From the NCBI GenBank assembly GCA_016927555.1, contig JAFGML010000039.1, forward strand, positions 9,839 to 73,838: a stretch of 64,000 bases of DNA. The letters are read 5' to 3'. The translations under genes were made by a program, and so were the position numbers. Origin of the DNA: Thermoplasmatota archaeon. Its GTDB lineage: Archaea > Thermoplasmatota > E2 > DHVEG-1. This document shows positions 9,206-19,546 of this stretch, piece by piece; within the stretch, counting starts at the first letter, position 1, and every line of letters starts with the position of its first letter. The notes beneath the pieces are model-generated. The model saw only the letters and a list, made by a program, of their open reading frames with translations, was not told the origin of the DNA and ran no database searches.

Positions 9206-9717
9206 TCTTTCTTCTTTTTTTGCTTCAGCATTCTGTCAATGAGTGATTTATCACTTGATTCTATCCCCGGGTCCTCTCCTATGACGTTTCGTTTTTTCTT
9301 CAATATTTCATCAATCGTTTTCTCATCAGCTTGCTTAAATATTTGTTCCTCGGTCGCCTGTTTCTTCATAGGGACACGCTCATCGTCCTGAGAGTCTTCC
9401 TCTGCTGATTCCTCGGGGAGGGGAGCGATTCTCATCTCTGAAGACCGACGGTACGGCGCTGGATCAGGCGGCGTCACGGGTGCTGGAGGTTCATGGTCTT
9501 CCCTGATCGTTCTTCCAGGATTCTGGTAGCTTTGTATCAAGTGAAACGCTTCTGTGACGATGGTGATTTCATCAGGTGTCGGATACCAGCTCATCTCGGA
9601 ACCATTCGTAGAGAAATTCGGCGCCTGTCTATCAAAAATGACATTGAGTAAAAATGTATTGGATGCCTGGTCTTTCTGTATCTGCAGTCCAATGTAGATA
9701 TTGTCGTTTTTTTTCAT
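9202..9717 (-). CDS. Hypothetical protein (small beta domain plus acidic/Pro-rich disordered tail)
   Basis: ATG with SD-like GAGGGGAG; divergent from the response regulator gene; 4-bp convergent overlap with the radical SAM gene. Confidence 0.75.
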   Translation of the reverse strand: MKKNDNIYIGLQIQKDQASNTFLLNVIFDRQAPNFSTNGSEMSWYPTPDEITIVTEAFHLIQSYQNPGRTIREDHEPPAPVTPPDPAPYRRSSEMRIAPLPEESAEEDSQDDERVPMKKQATEEQIFKQADEKTIDEILKKKRNVIGEDPGIESSDKSLIDRMLKQKKKKD

Positions 9718-9891
9718 TGATCTCCCCTCACTGCGGAGGTGGATAATATAGTCTCATGGAATTTATACTTTTCTTTTTCCTAAGGCAACAGGACATCAAC
9801 CCCTGGTGAAAAAGCATGATTTTAAAAAACAGACAACGATATCTTCTTATAGTCGCAGCAGACTTACGAACATGGATGAGGAGACCATAGC

Positions 9892-10257
9892 ATGAAGAAA
9901 ATCCTGGTTGTTGATAACGAACCAGATATCGTTGATTTGACGCGGACCGTCTTAGAGATCGGTGGCTACACCGTGGTCCCATCCTACAGTGGTGAGGAAG
10001 CCTTACGGAAGTTGGAAAAAGAGAAAGTCGATTTAGTCCTCCTCGATATCATGATGCCAGGGATGAGTGGATGGGACGTCTTCAATCGTATCAAGAAGAA
10101 AAACAAGGACATCAAAGTCGCCTTCATGAGTGTCCTAGAAATTTCTGATAAAAGAAAGCAAGTCTTACTAGATGAGGGTTTAGCAGATTACATTATGAAA
10201 CCGTTTGACAAGGAGACGTTACTTCAACGTGTCGATCATATCTTAAAGAGCACATAA
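9892..10257 (+). CDS. Stand-alone response regulator receiver
   Basis: ILVVDNE, DLVLLDIMMPGMSGW, YIMKPF; GAGGAG SD. Confidence 0.95.
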   Translation: MKKILVVDNEPDIVDLTRTVLEIGGYTVVPSYSGEEALRKLEKEKVDLVLLDIMMPGMSGWDVFNRIKKKNKDIKVAFMSVLEISDKRKQVLLDEGLADYIMKPFDKETLLQRVDHILKST

Positions 10258-10342
10258 CACACAGTCAGAGTACTTCATCGGTGTGGGATGCACACCCTAG
10301 GGATGCAACACAACACTTCATGGTACTGCTAGGAAGAACCAT

Positions 10343-12739
10343 ATGCGGAAAGAACCCGATATTGTGAGAGAATTACGGGAAGCAGAACGGTTAGGAGTCC
10401 TCCATGCAACACCTCCAGCTAGGTGCACGCGTGATGCCACGGCTGTTGTCGATTCTGTTGAACCATCGCCTGCAGGACTGACGACCGTACCTTCACAGCA
10501 GACACCGTGCTCCTACGACAATGATCTTTCGTGTGTTCAAACCGTCTATCACACGCTCTTAACCGCGACTGACTGTGCTGTTCTTGTCGTCGATGCTCAT
10601 GGGCGAGTACAAGACTGCAACACGATTGCCGAAGAGCTGATAGGAAAGACAAAGCAGGAGCTCATCAACATCAAGGTAGCGTCCCTGTATCCCGCTGATG
10701 AATGGCTCGCCATAGAATCCGTTGTTCACCAGCGCCAGCGGCTTTCCTACCGCATCAACACCAAGATTCAAACCGCTCATCAGCGCTGTGCAGTCGTCTC
10801 CCTCTCCCTGTACACGCTAAAAAATATCCAAGGACGCCACCTTGGTTTTCTGCATGTCATCAAGGATATGACGGAAAAACAACCAGCGGCTCAACCACTT
10901 TCCTCCATCTTAGACTACACAGACGACTCGTTCTATTTATTAGACCGCCATGGTCACTACATGATGGCTAATAATGAACTGCTATCTCGTCTGGCATCGT
11001 CCCGTGAAGACGTCCTGGGTAAGACGTTTGGTGACTTTCATACACCTGCTGAGACAATTGATTTCATGCAGAAGCTCTCCTGGGTCTTTGAACATGGGCG
11101 CCCTCTGAAAGATGAGCACGGCAAAGACGGCAGTTGGTTTCTCCGCACCTTAAGCCCTGTGAAGGACTCTGTGACAGCGCGCACAACTGCGGTGTTGGTT
11201 GTGTCCAAAGACATTACTGAGACAAAAAAGGCAGTCAGAGCACTTCGGGAAAGCGAACAGAAATTCCGCATGGTCCTGGAGAATTCTCTTGATACTATCT
11301 ATCAACTGAACATCAAGAGCGAGAGCTATGATTACGTTAGTCCTTCCTCGAAAAAGGTGCTTGGGTATTCACCGGAGGAGATGGCCTCTTGGACGATCCG
11401 GAGTCTCATGGAGATGATGTACCCTGAGGATCGGACGCACTGGATGAACCACTACGCAGTGCTACAAGAGTACAAGAAGAGGAAAGATGCTGTACACACG
11501 ATCGAGTACCGGTTCAAGCACAAAACACTGGGCTATCGATGGATGAGTGACACCTGCTCAGCGATTTTTGATGAGAACCATAAACCAACCGCCATTGTTG
11601 GCACGGTTGAAGATATAACGGACCGTAGGAAAGTCTGGGACGAAATCTTAAAATCAGAGGAAAAGTATCGTGTGCTCGCAGAAACATCCGCAGATGGTGT
11701 ATTTACCACCGATGCGCTCGGTCGACTCACCTATGTGAATCCCTCCTTTGAAAAGTTATTAGGACGGCGAAAGAGCCAGATTCTCGCAACACCATTTCGC
11801 AGGTATCTGCTTGAAGATTCTATCTACTTCTTCCAGCAGATTTTTATTGATGCTCGAAAGAAGAATGAGAAAATAGAGAACGTAGAACTCGAGATTGTCA
11901 CTGGCGATGGGAGCATCATCCCCCTTGAGGCCAACATTGCACCATTGAAGAAACACACAGAGTTCACTGGCGTCGTCTGCACGGTCCGCGATATCACACA
12001 ACGCAGAGAAATCGAAGATGAGCTGAAGAAAAACGAGCGTCTCAAAACAGAGTTTATGAACATCGCTGCCCATGAGCTACGATCCCCTGTGACACCCATC
12101 AAGGGGTACCTCGACTTGATCATCCACGACAACGACAGCTCTGAGAAGATCAAGAACTGGGCGAAGATCAGTCTGCGGAATGCTGAGCGACTACTGAAGC
12201 TCGTCAACGATATCTTAGATGTCGCTCGCCTCGATAGCGACACCATGAAATTTGAAATGGAGAAACTCGACCCTGTTGAATTACTCACTGAACTTGCGGA
12301 GGATATGCAGCCAACCATCGCAAAGAAAAACCTCGAGTTCAAAGTCGAAGTACCAGCATCACTCCCGCACATCATCGGCGATAAAAATCGATTATCACAG
12401 GTGCTAAAAAACCTCATCGGCAATGCCCTGAAATTTACAGACACCGGGTTCATCGGTTTGAAGGCAGAAAAAAAAGACAAGCACATCCAAATCACTGTCG
12501 CTGATTCAGGGATAGGAATTTCACAGGATGAGGTGAAGAAAATTTTCACAAAATTCTACCAGGCGTACACCGGCGAAGATAGGAACAACGAAGGCACCGG
12601 TCTTGGCCTCTTCATCTCAAAAGAGATTGTGAAGAAACACAACGGTACCATCTGGGCTGAAAGCCAAATCGGACAAGGCAGTCAATTTATCATTCAAATC
12701 CCGTTTATTTATAAGATGGTAGTAGATTTCCATCCCTAA
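10343..12739 (+). CDS. Cytoplasmic multi-PAS histidine kinase
   Basis: Four PAS/PAC units (KDMTE, KDITE, EDITD, RDITQ ends), H-box AAHELRSPVT, N-box NLIGNALKFT, DSGIGI, GTGLGL; no TM segment. Confidence 0.96.
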   Translation: MRKEPDIVRELREAERLGVLHATPPARCTRDATAVVDSVEPSPAGLTTVPSQQTPCSYDNDLSCVQTVYHTLLTATDCAVLVVDAHGRVQDCNTIAEELIGKTKQELINIKVASLYPADEWLAIESVVHQRQRLSYRINTKIQTAHQRCAVVSLSLYTLKNIQGRHLGFLHVIKDMTEKQPAAQPLSSILDYTDDSFYLLDRHGHYMMANNELLSRLASSREDVLGKTFGDFHTPAETIDFMQKLSWVFEHGRPLKDEHGKDGSWFLRTLSPVKDSVTARTTAVLVVSKDITETKKAVRALRESEQKFRMVLENSLDTIYQLNIKSESYDYVSPSSKKVLGYSPEEMASWTIRSLMEMMYPEDRTHWMNHYAVLQEYKKRKDAVHTIEYRFKHKTLGYRWMSDTCSAIFDENHKPTAIVGTVEDITDRRKVWDEILKSEEKYRVLAETSADGVFTTDALGRLTYVNPSFEKLLGRRKSQILATPFRRYLLEDSIYFFQQIFIDARKKNEKIENVELEIVTGDGSIIPLEANIAPLKKHTEFTGVVCTVRDITQRREIEDELKKNERLKTEFMNIAAHELRSPVTPIKGYLDLIIHDNDSSEKIKNWAKISLRNAERLLKLVNDILDVARLDSDTMKFEMEKLDPVELLTELAEDMQPTIAKKNLEFKVEVPASLPHIIGDKNRLSQVLKNLIGNALKFTDTGFIGLKAEKKDKHIQITVADSGIGISQDEVKKIFTKFYQAYTGEDRNNEGTGLGLFISKEIVKKHNGTIWAESQIGQGSQFIIQIPFIYKMVVDFHP

Positions 12740-12749
12740 GAAGGGAACT

Positions 12750-13664
12750 ATGGCTGAAATCACGAATGCACAGGTGCTTCAGAGCATCCTGACCGCACTG
12801 AATGCTGTTGCCAGCAGACGGACAACACAGAGTTTTTCGATTACTGTCATTGGCGCCATCATCAAAACCCTTCAGCAAAACTATGAGTTCTTGAAATACG
12901 TCTACATCGGTGCCCCTGAGTACATCAACACCGGGGAACTCATCACGATATCCACAGAGATAAATGCTATTGAGAAAAAACGCATTGGGTCTGCCATTGA
13001 AGCGATCATTCGCATTGTCTACATGGACCTTGTGGGAAAAACCGGTTTATTTTTCATGAAAGAATTGAAACAACAAGCTGGTGAACAGATAATCGGGGAG
13101 CTCAAAGACTATGGGGTTGATCTCGCGTTACTACAGACAGAGCAACGCTATATGCATCGCCAGCATAAGAAGAAAAAACAGAGTATTACAGATGGGAAAC
13201 CCCTCGGTCAAGGTGGCGCTCATCAGGATGACGTGAGCCTGTTGGGCTACACGTGGAAGAACGTCGGAAGCTGGAAGTACGATCCGTTGCAAAAAACCTG
13301 TGTGCTCTACAGCAAAGACGGTCGGGAGCTCGATCGGTTGAACCTCGATACGATCATCGAGAGCTACATCACGAATCTCACAGAAGAAGATGAGGATCCC
13401 TCGCGTGTCTACAAAGAAGACGTTGTCTTGACTGAGAAAGAACTCGGACTGTTGAAGATGCTGTACACCCGGGATATGGATGCTGAGACGGCAACCGTGC
13501 TGCTGCACGTCTCAAAGATCGAGTTCGAGCAGATGGTCAAACGCCTGCTGCACAATGAACTACTCCACTACGTCTCCTTCAATGAAATCGAATTAACTGA
13601 GGAAGGAATCACCATGCTGTCTGAGCAGGATACTGAGAAAAAGAAAAACACTGCTGCGGCTTAG
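12750..13664 (+). CDS. Hypothetical protein with probable C-terminal winged helix-turn-helix
   Basis: 10 bp after the kinase; C-terminus LTEKELGLLKML...VKRLLHNELLHY...IELTEEG has the MarR/DtxR-like wHTH pattern. Confidence 0.75.
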   Translation: MAEITNAQVLQSILTALNAVASRRTTQSFSITVIGAIIKTLQQNYEFLKYVYIGAPEYINTGELITISTEINAIEKKRIGSAIEAIIRIVYMDLVGKTGLFFMKELKQQAGEQIIGELKDYGVDLALLQTEQRYMHRQHKKKKQSITDGKPLGQGGAHQDDVSLLGYTWKNVGSWKYDPLQKTCVLYSKDGRELDRLNLDTIIESYITNLTEEDEDPSRVYKEDVVLTEKELGLLKMLYTRDMDAETATVLLHVSKIEFEQMVKRLLHNELLHYVSFNEIELTEEGITMLSEQDTEKKKNTAAA

Positions 13665-16600
13665 GATTGCTTGCCTTTTCCGATATTGAAGATATAGAAC
13701 TCCAGCTGTCCACTGGAGCTGCTGTTCCCCTCCTCGTCGTAGACCTTTGTCTCCAGGGTGTGTTTGAGGAATGCTTGTTCGTTCCACTGCCAGAGTGCTG
13801 GGAATGTCGTGGTCTCCTCTTTCAATTGGCCATCGACGTAGAACTCTGCTCTGCTCAGACGCTCATCTGGTATGTGAATGCTCACGGGTCCAACGATGAC
13901 GGGTTTGAAGAAGGGGATGATCTTTCTGTTTTTGATGTAGAGAAAGCCATCGATGGTCACATGTTTGACTTTAAAGAAGAAGAGCAGTCCTCCAAGGGCA
14001 CCCAGCAGGCCGCCGAGTACAAACCACAGGAGGTTCTGTTCAGCAAAGCTTTTCTGTGGTGCTGGAACATAGCAGAAATAGAAGTAGATGACGGTTGAGG
14101 ACAGGAACTTGTTGCCTTGGAGGGATTGTGCATCTATCTCAAGAGGATAGGTTCCGTTCTCCAGGTACCCTGGGGGGGTGTAGGTGAACCGCATGTTGTC
14201 TGAGGTGGCGAGGTCAGAGACAATAGAGCTTGCGTTGAATGCTGCGTACATGATGAGAACCGGGGTGTTGTAGGTGATGGTTATCGTCGGTGTGTCTTTG
14301 TTGATGACACCACCATCAGCCGGGACAAACGTCACCGTGAGGTCTGGGTAGATGTCTGTGAAGACGAAGAAGTACTGTGTCTCAGGATCATCAAACACGT
14401 ATATTGTGTTGTCTTCTCGCCAGACGAACTCGTCTGCAATCGTCCTGTTTCCCGTGGTCACCTGCAACGTGGCATGAGGGTACAGGTCGGTGAGTTCAAT
14501 GTATATCCATCGGTCTTTCTCAACGATGACTTCAACGGTTGCTTGTTCGTCTTCAATAGTTGTTGAATTTATGATTCCTCTCAGGTGGTTAATGGGAAAG
14601 AGTTGGTCTGTTGTTGTGTTCCAGAAGAACTCTGGAATCGCATCGTCTCCAATGGACAGTAAGAAGAGGATGTTCCCGGTGAGATTCACCGGAGTGTCAT
14701 GAACGACAGTGAGCACGTTATTGGGGTCAACAAAGGTATCGACATTGCCGTCTGCATCCGCGTCATAGCAGTAGAACTGCTCTGATAAGGTGAGATTAAA
14801 CCGGGTGTTTATCCATGTCAGTTGAGACACTGGGATTTGGTGTTTGATGATGAGGATTACTGTTGCGGTCGTTGTATTTGTTCCTTGGTTTCCCTCGTTG
14901 TCAGTCACCGTGAGCGTCACGGTGTACGTCCCGTTCGAGTAGTAGACATGGGTCGGTGTACTCCCATTTGCCAACGCGCCATCGCCAAAACTCCAGGAAT
15001 AGTCCGTGATGGTTCCATCGAGGTCGAAGCATCCAGAGCCATTGAAGGTCATCTCTTGAAGCACGCAACCCTCGTATGGTCCACCGTGCTTTACGCGTGG
15101 GTTCTTGGTGTCATTTGAATTCCCTGCTACATCGGTTGCCGTGATGATACAGTACACTGTTGTTGGGTTTCCTTCAGGAACGATGACTTTTTCGTAGTAA
15201 TCATCGTCAACGACATCCATTGTTGCAGTGAGATGAGTGCCGTCTCCATACCAATATTCAATGGTGACGTTGTCTACTTCTGAGTCGTCGGTGATGGTGG
15301 CGCCAAATGTATAACTATTGGGGAGGGTGTCAAAGGATGGTCCGTACGTATCGACGAAAATTACCGGCGGTTGTGTGTCGGTGATGGTGACGGTTTTTGT
15401 TGCTGTTGTCGCATCGTTTCCCCATTGATCAGTGGCGTACACATGGTACGTCATGTCAGTGATGCTATGGGCGAGGGTCACAGTCCCCGTGAAATAGCTC
15501 CCTGCGCTATTGGTGAGTGAATAGTTCCCTCCGCTGTTCCCATGGCTCCAGACTGCGTAGACGCGAAGGTTGTCAGCACTGGCTTGGGTTGAAGTCACCG
15601 TCGTATTGAAGAGGTAGTCTGCTGATGGTGCAGCTGTCGTCGGTGAGTTGTCGGTGATGCTTGGTGGGTTTCCTGGTCGTATGGAAAAGGAATAGTTGGC
15701 GGAATGAGCCCAATTCCGTGGGTCCGTAGCAGTGATGTAGTAGGTGTAGTTGCCTGTTGGTGTAAAGATTCGTGTGTACTTGTAGGTGCTCCCTGTTTTG
15801 TTGGCTGTAATACTCACGTTACTGAGGACGCCACTGGGGGTGATGACATTCAGGTACACACCAGTGATAAAAGTATTATCAGTAATGGTGACAGATAGAT
15901 TCGTGTATTTCCCAAGGGTCTGTGAGCTTGGGGTCATCTGCGGTGTTCCTATGGAAGGGTCGATGGTATCGAGCAGTGCTCCTTTATCGGTGTTGACTGT
16001 GTAGATGGTGTACGGGCTGTCTGCGATGCCATCAGCGTTGCTGTCAAGTGCTCCTTCGCTGATTTCATCGTAGTCATCCCAGTAGTTCCCAGAGAGGTTT
16101 CCCCCACCGATGATATTTGTTCCAAGGGTCTTTGTGATATTCCATCTGTTGCGATTCAGGCTTTTATCAATCGCGTTGTCGCCATTATAATGCAGAAAGT
16201 TGTTGTAGATCACATTGCTAATCGCGAAGAAATCAAGGTAGATACCATACTGAGTGTTGTTGTTAATTTCATTGGTGTAGATGTAGTCGTTGGTGGAGTT
16301 ATACAAGCGTATTCCTGCAAGTCTGTTAAAGGACAGCGTGTTACTGGAGATGGTGTTGTTATCATCTGCGCTGAGGTACATCCCGTCTTTCCTGTTCGAT
16401 GTGATGGTGTTGCTCTGTATGGTGTTACTTGAGCCGACAACCATGATACCGTAGTTCGTGTTGCTCTGCACGATGTTTTCGTTGGAGATAACAGTCCAGC
16501 TGCAGTTTTCCAACACGATTCCTGAGTGGATGTTTCCATGCACTTGGTTTGTCGAAATCGTCGAGTAGTTGCTATAGTCATTGAGATAGATCCCGCAGCG

Positions 16601-17338
16601 TGAATTATAGGAACAGTTATTGTCCACAATGTAATTTGAATCACAGCTGCTGTTCAGGAAGATGCCATTGTCTGAATTCGAGCAAATGATATTATCATAG
16701 ATTTTATTGCTATCTGAGAAGTACAGGTACACCCCGTTTCCATTACCCGTCACTGTGTTATAGCTGATGTTGGTGTTACTCTGTGAGGTATTTAAATGAA
16801 TACCGTCTCCGATGTTGTCAGAGATGACGTTATCATAGATGAGGTGGTGATCAGAGTGGTTGAGGTAGATACCATGGTATCCGTCGGAGAACACATTATC
16901 TGTGATGATAGAGGAGTCACCGTTCATCCTGATGAGGCTGTCGTTCTGTGTAGTTCCTCCGTTGGTGATGGTGAAATGACTGATATTGACGTTATTTGCC
17001 AAGACCGTAATCACCGTATCTGCTCCGTCCCCGTTAATGACGGTGATACTGCGGTCTTCACCAAATAAATCGATACGGTGGGTAATCGTCAGATTCTCAT
17101 AGTAGGTACCATTGTACACAAATATTCGGTACCCATCTGATGCGTTGTCCAGTGCATCTTGAATGGTGGTGTACGTCTCTCCGGGTCCAACGTAGAACGT
17201 CGGTGGTGTGTCTGCTCGACAGCTATCTAAGTGTAGGAAATAGCCGATGCTTTGAACACAAAGTAGTATGACAACTACCACTAGTATGAATTGTCTGAGT
17301 TTCATCCCATCCTGATGCATATGTACTTGCATATGCAT
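13661..17338 (-). CDS. Membrane-anchored surface glycoprotein: NosD-like beta-helix, Ig-like and PKD domains (true start may be 17305)
   Basis: Signal peptide; YTTIQDALDNASDG..VYNGTYYEN; many N..GIYL repeats; PKD WSFGDG..THVY...GTYTVTLTVTD; TM LLWFVLGGLLGALGGLLFFF. Confidence 0.9.
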   Translation of the reverse strand: MHMQVHMHQDGMKLRQFILVVVVILLCVQSIGYFLHLDSCRADTPPTFYVGPGETYTTIQDALDNASDGYRIFVYNGTYYENLTITHRIDLFGEDRSITVINGDGADTVITVLANNVNISHFTITNGGTTQNDSLIRMNGDSSIITDNVFSDGYHGIYLNHSDHHLIYDNVISDNIGDGIHLNTSQSNTNISYNTVTGNGNGVYLYFSDSNKIYDNIICSNSDNGIFLNSSCDSNYIVDNNCSYNSRCGIYLNDYSNYSTISTNQVHGNIHSGIVLENCSWTVISNENIVQSNTNYGIMVVGSSNTIQSNTITSNRKDGMYLSADDNNTISSNTLSFNRLAGIRLYNSTNDYIYTNEINNNTQYGIYLDFFAISNVIYNNFLHYNGDNAIDKSLNRNRWNITKTLGTNIIGGGNLSGNYWDDYDEISEGALDSNADGIADSPYTIYTVNTDKGALLDTIDPSIGTPQMTPSSQTLGKYTNLSVTITDNTFITGVYLNVITPSGVLSNVSITANKTGSTYKYTRIFTPTGNYTYYITATDPRNWAHSANYSFSIRPGNPPSITDNSPTTAAPSADYLFNTTVTSTQASADNLRVYAVWSHGNSGGNYSLTNSAGSYFTGTVTLAHSITDMTYHVYATDQWGNDATTATKTVTITDTQPPVIFVDTYGPSFDTLPNSYTFGATITDDSEVDNVTIEYWYGDGTHLTATMDVVDDDYYEKVIVPEGNPTTVYCIITATDVAGNSNDTKNPRVKHGGPYEGCVLQEMTFNGSGCFDLDGTITDYSWSFGDGALANGSTPTHVYYSNGTYTVTLTVTDNEGNQGTNTTTATVILIIKHQIPVSQLTWINTRFNLTLSEQFYCYDADADGNVDTFVDPNNVLTVVHDTPVNLTGNILFLLSIGDDAIPEFFWNTTTDQLFPINHLRGIINSTTIEDEQATVEVIVEKDRWIYIELTDLYPHATLQVTTGNRTIADEFVWREDNTIYVFDDPETQYFFVFTDIYPDLTVTFVPADGGVINKDTPTITITYNTPVLIMYAAFNASSIVSDLATSDNMRFTYTPPGYLENGTYPLEIDAQSLQGNKFLSSTVIYFYFCYVPAPQKSFAEQNLLWFVLGGLLGALGGLLFFFKVKHVTIDGFLYIKNRKIIPFFKPVIVGPVSIHIPDERLSRAEFYVDGQLKEETTTFPALWQWNEQAFLKHTLETKVYDEEGNSSSSGQLEFYIFNIGKGKQS

Positions 17339-17395
17339 ATCTGTTTATATCATAAAAATATTCCTATATGGAAGACGGCTGAGTGAGGGGTCTTT

Positions 17396-18754
17396 TCAGC
17401 GTTCCCAGGGCATTTTGTTGTCCAGATATGTTGTCCAGAACAATCGTAAGTCGTCTCTGAGGAGGTCCTTCTGATCTAAGATGGTACAACCATCTCGGAG
17501 GGCAAGGTCGATGTGTTTACCAAGGCTGAGGTGGTTCACCTGTTCGTTGAGGAGGGTTCTGATGTCTGTGTACTCGCGTTCGATTTGAACGTACAGTCGT
17601 TTGTCTTTTTCGAATGGTTGCTGAAGTGTGCGAGGGTGGTGTTTCCACTTCTGGATAAACTCCTGTGCATTGTGTTTCAGCGAAATGGGAGGTCCTGCAT
17701 GGAGAATGGTTTTTGAGAGAAGGAGTGTCTTTGGATGGAATAGGAGGTAGACTTGGTTTTTGTGTATAGTGAAGCTTGCATCAAGGATGCTGAACCCGTG
17801 TTGCTCGCAGAGGTCTCGTATCGACCGTATCGCCTTACGAAGCTGGGGGTAGAGGTTCTCAGCGATGATGTCTGGTTTGTGGAATGCCACGCCGATGAAG
17901 CTTTTGGTGGTGAGGTGTTTTTGTATCTGTTTCAGTGACCACGGTACGGGTTGACGGGGGAAAAAGAAGGTCAGGCGTGGGTTCTCGTAGTAGGATGTAC
18001 ATGCTTCGATAAACAGGTGGAATTTCTCTGGTGAGAGGGCAGAAGCAACATTTCTTTTAGAGTCAACAGGATCGATGAATGTGAGTGGTGTCGAGAAGTT
18101 TGGGATGGGTCCAGAGGTGAGGGTGAGTGTTACTCCTGGCTGCCATGTGCGTGCTTGTTCGATGAGGTGTTGGAACGTTCCGAATCTCAGGACAACGATT
18201 TCGCAGAGGTACCCTGAGAACCCCTCGATTTCTGCTTCAGCGCCATAACAACCGATTCCCTTCAGGAATTGCTTCAGCAGCCTGACTTCCTTTTTCTGGG
18301 TTGCTTTCAGATGGTTTTTAACATAGGTGGTATGTAAGGGTGTGCGGTCCACGGCAGAGAGTTTTTGTGTCGCGGAGGTTATCTTATAGCAGGGTACTAA
18401 CTCAGTTTTTACCCCTTGGAACAGTCCACGTACATACGGGTGTTCTGCGTAGCACTCTTCTTGCTCAGTGAGCAGTGCTCGTCCGATGGCAAGCCCTTTT
18501 TCCTGGAGGATTTTTCGAGGGGTTGTCGGAGGAAACACCAAGAAGAGGTCAATATCAATTGAGGTGCGGATGTAGGTGTCTTTTGCTGTTGAGCCGACCA
18601 GTTGTATCGTGATGGGTATCTGTGTTTTTTTGATTTCTTTTTTCACTTGTTTTTTCAGTGCTTCTATCACCTGTTGTATGTGTTTTTTTTCTACAGCACT
18701 AGGCGTGATTTTTTGTAACACTTTTTTTTCGATAGGTGCAGAACCAGGAATCAT
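17396..18754 (-). CDS. cca: Archaeal class I CCA-adding tRNA nucleotidyltransferase
   Basis: LVGSTAKDT....DIDLF, YAEHPYV, SAVDRTPLH, VRLLKQFLKGIG.YGAE...GFSGYLCE, DPVD..RNVA. Confidence 0.96.
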   Translation of the reverse strand: MIPGSAPIEKKVLQKITPSAVEKKHIQQVIEALKKQVKKEIKKTQIPITIQLVGSTAKDTYIRTSIDIDLFLVFPPTTPRKILQEKGLAIGRALLTEQEECYAEHPYVRGLFQGVKTELVPCYKITSATQKLSAVDRTPLHTTYVKNHLKATQKKEVRLLKQFLKGIGCYGAEAEIEGFSGYLCEIVVLRFGTFQHLIEQARTWQPGVTLTLTSGPIPNFSTPLTFIDPVDSKRNVASALSPEKFHLFIEACTSYYENPRLTFFFPRQPVPWSLKQIQKHLTTKSFIGVAFHKPDIIAENLYPQLRKAIRSIRDLCEQHGFSILDASFTIHKNQVYLLFHPKTLLLSKTILHAGPPISLKHNAQEFIQKWKHHPRTLQQPFEKDKRLYVQIEREYTDIRTLLNEQVNHLSLGKHIDLALRDGCTILDQKDLLRDDLRLFWTTYLDNKMPWER

Positions 18755-19525
18755 TTAGATCTCCTTTGTGTATCGTTTGAGAAGGTAGTATACTGCTCCG
18801 AAGAGGAGTACTCCTCCGATGACATCGGCTATCCAATGGATTGCTAAATAGATAACTGAGCCGATGACACAACAGGCAGAGAAGTACGCTAGATACAAAA
18901 ATTTTTTGTTGGTTGTCTGGGAAACAGCATAAACAACAAGTAACGCCATCGCGACATGGAGCGACGGGAAGCAATTATTAGTGGTTGTGGTGGCATAGAA
19001 GAAAGATTCTACACCAGGAAGTGCGGTGTTCAGCGCTGAGGTCACACCGTAGTAGGTGTACACGTTGGTAATGGGGAGAAACAGGTAGAACGGCAGTGCG
19101 GCGGCGTAAACCAGCAACAAGCCAAACGCATATGTTTTCATAGCGTTTTTTTCATTGGTGATAAGGAAATACAGCAAGGAGAACCAGAGGATGAAGGGGT
19201 ACAAGATGAGGTAGATGAAGACAAAGAAGTACACTAGGACGGGCGTCCAGTGCTGTGAGAACCAGTACACCACACCGTTTTCAAGGGTGTGTATCGTGGC
19301 TGCGAAGTCGGTTCCAATAAGCTGTGTCGTGTAGGGGTCGATGGTGTTGACTTCAAGCAGGTGTAGGAGGACGACACCTGCGATGAGTGCAAGGTACCAT
19401 CGGAATGAGAGTACTCTGGTTTGGTACTCAGACCATGAGGTGTGCCAGATTTTTTTTGGCACAACGACAGCGAGAGCAAGAAGAAACAGCAGAAGGTTCA
19501 ACAGTGCAATGATACTTACTCCCAC
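18755..19525 (-). CDS. PAP2-family (AUR1-like) membrane phosphatase/phosphotransferase
   Basis: Multi-TM; CFPSLHVA and YLAIHWIADVIGG motifs. Confidence 0.85.
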   Translation of the reverse strand: MGVSIIALLNLLLFLLALAVVVPKKIWHTSWSEYQTRVLSFRWYLALIAGVVLLHLLEVNTIDPYTTQLIGTDFAATIHTLENGVVYWFSQHWTPVLVYFFVFIYLILYPFILWFSLLYFLITNEKNAMKTYAFGLLLVYAAALPFYLFLPITNVYTYYGVTSALNTALPGVESFFYATTTTNNCFPSLHVAMALLVVYAVSQTTNKKFLYLAYFSACCVIGSVIYLAIHWIADVIGGVLLFGAVYYLLKRYTKEI

Positions 19526-19546
19526 GTCGATGGTTTCACCGCCACG

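Noticed and set aside
11824-12549. 241-aa antisense ORF
   Set aside because: Lies opposite the histidine kinase core, Ser/Phe-rich with no motifs; a shadow ORF.
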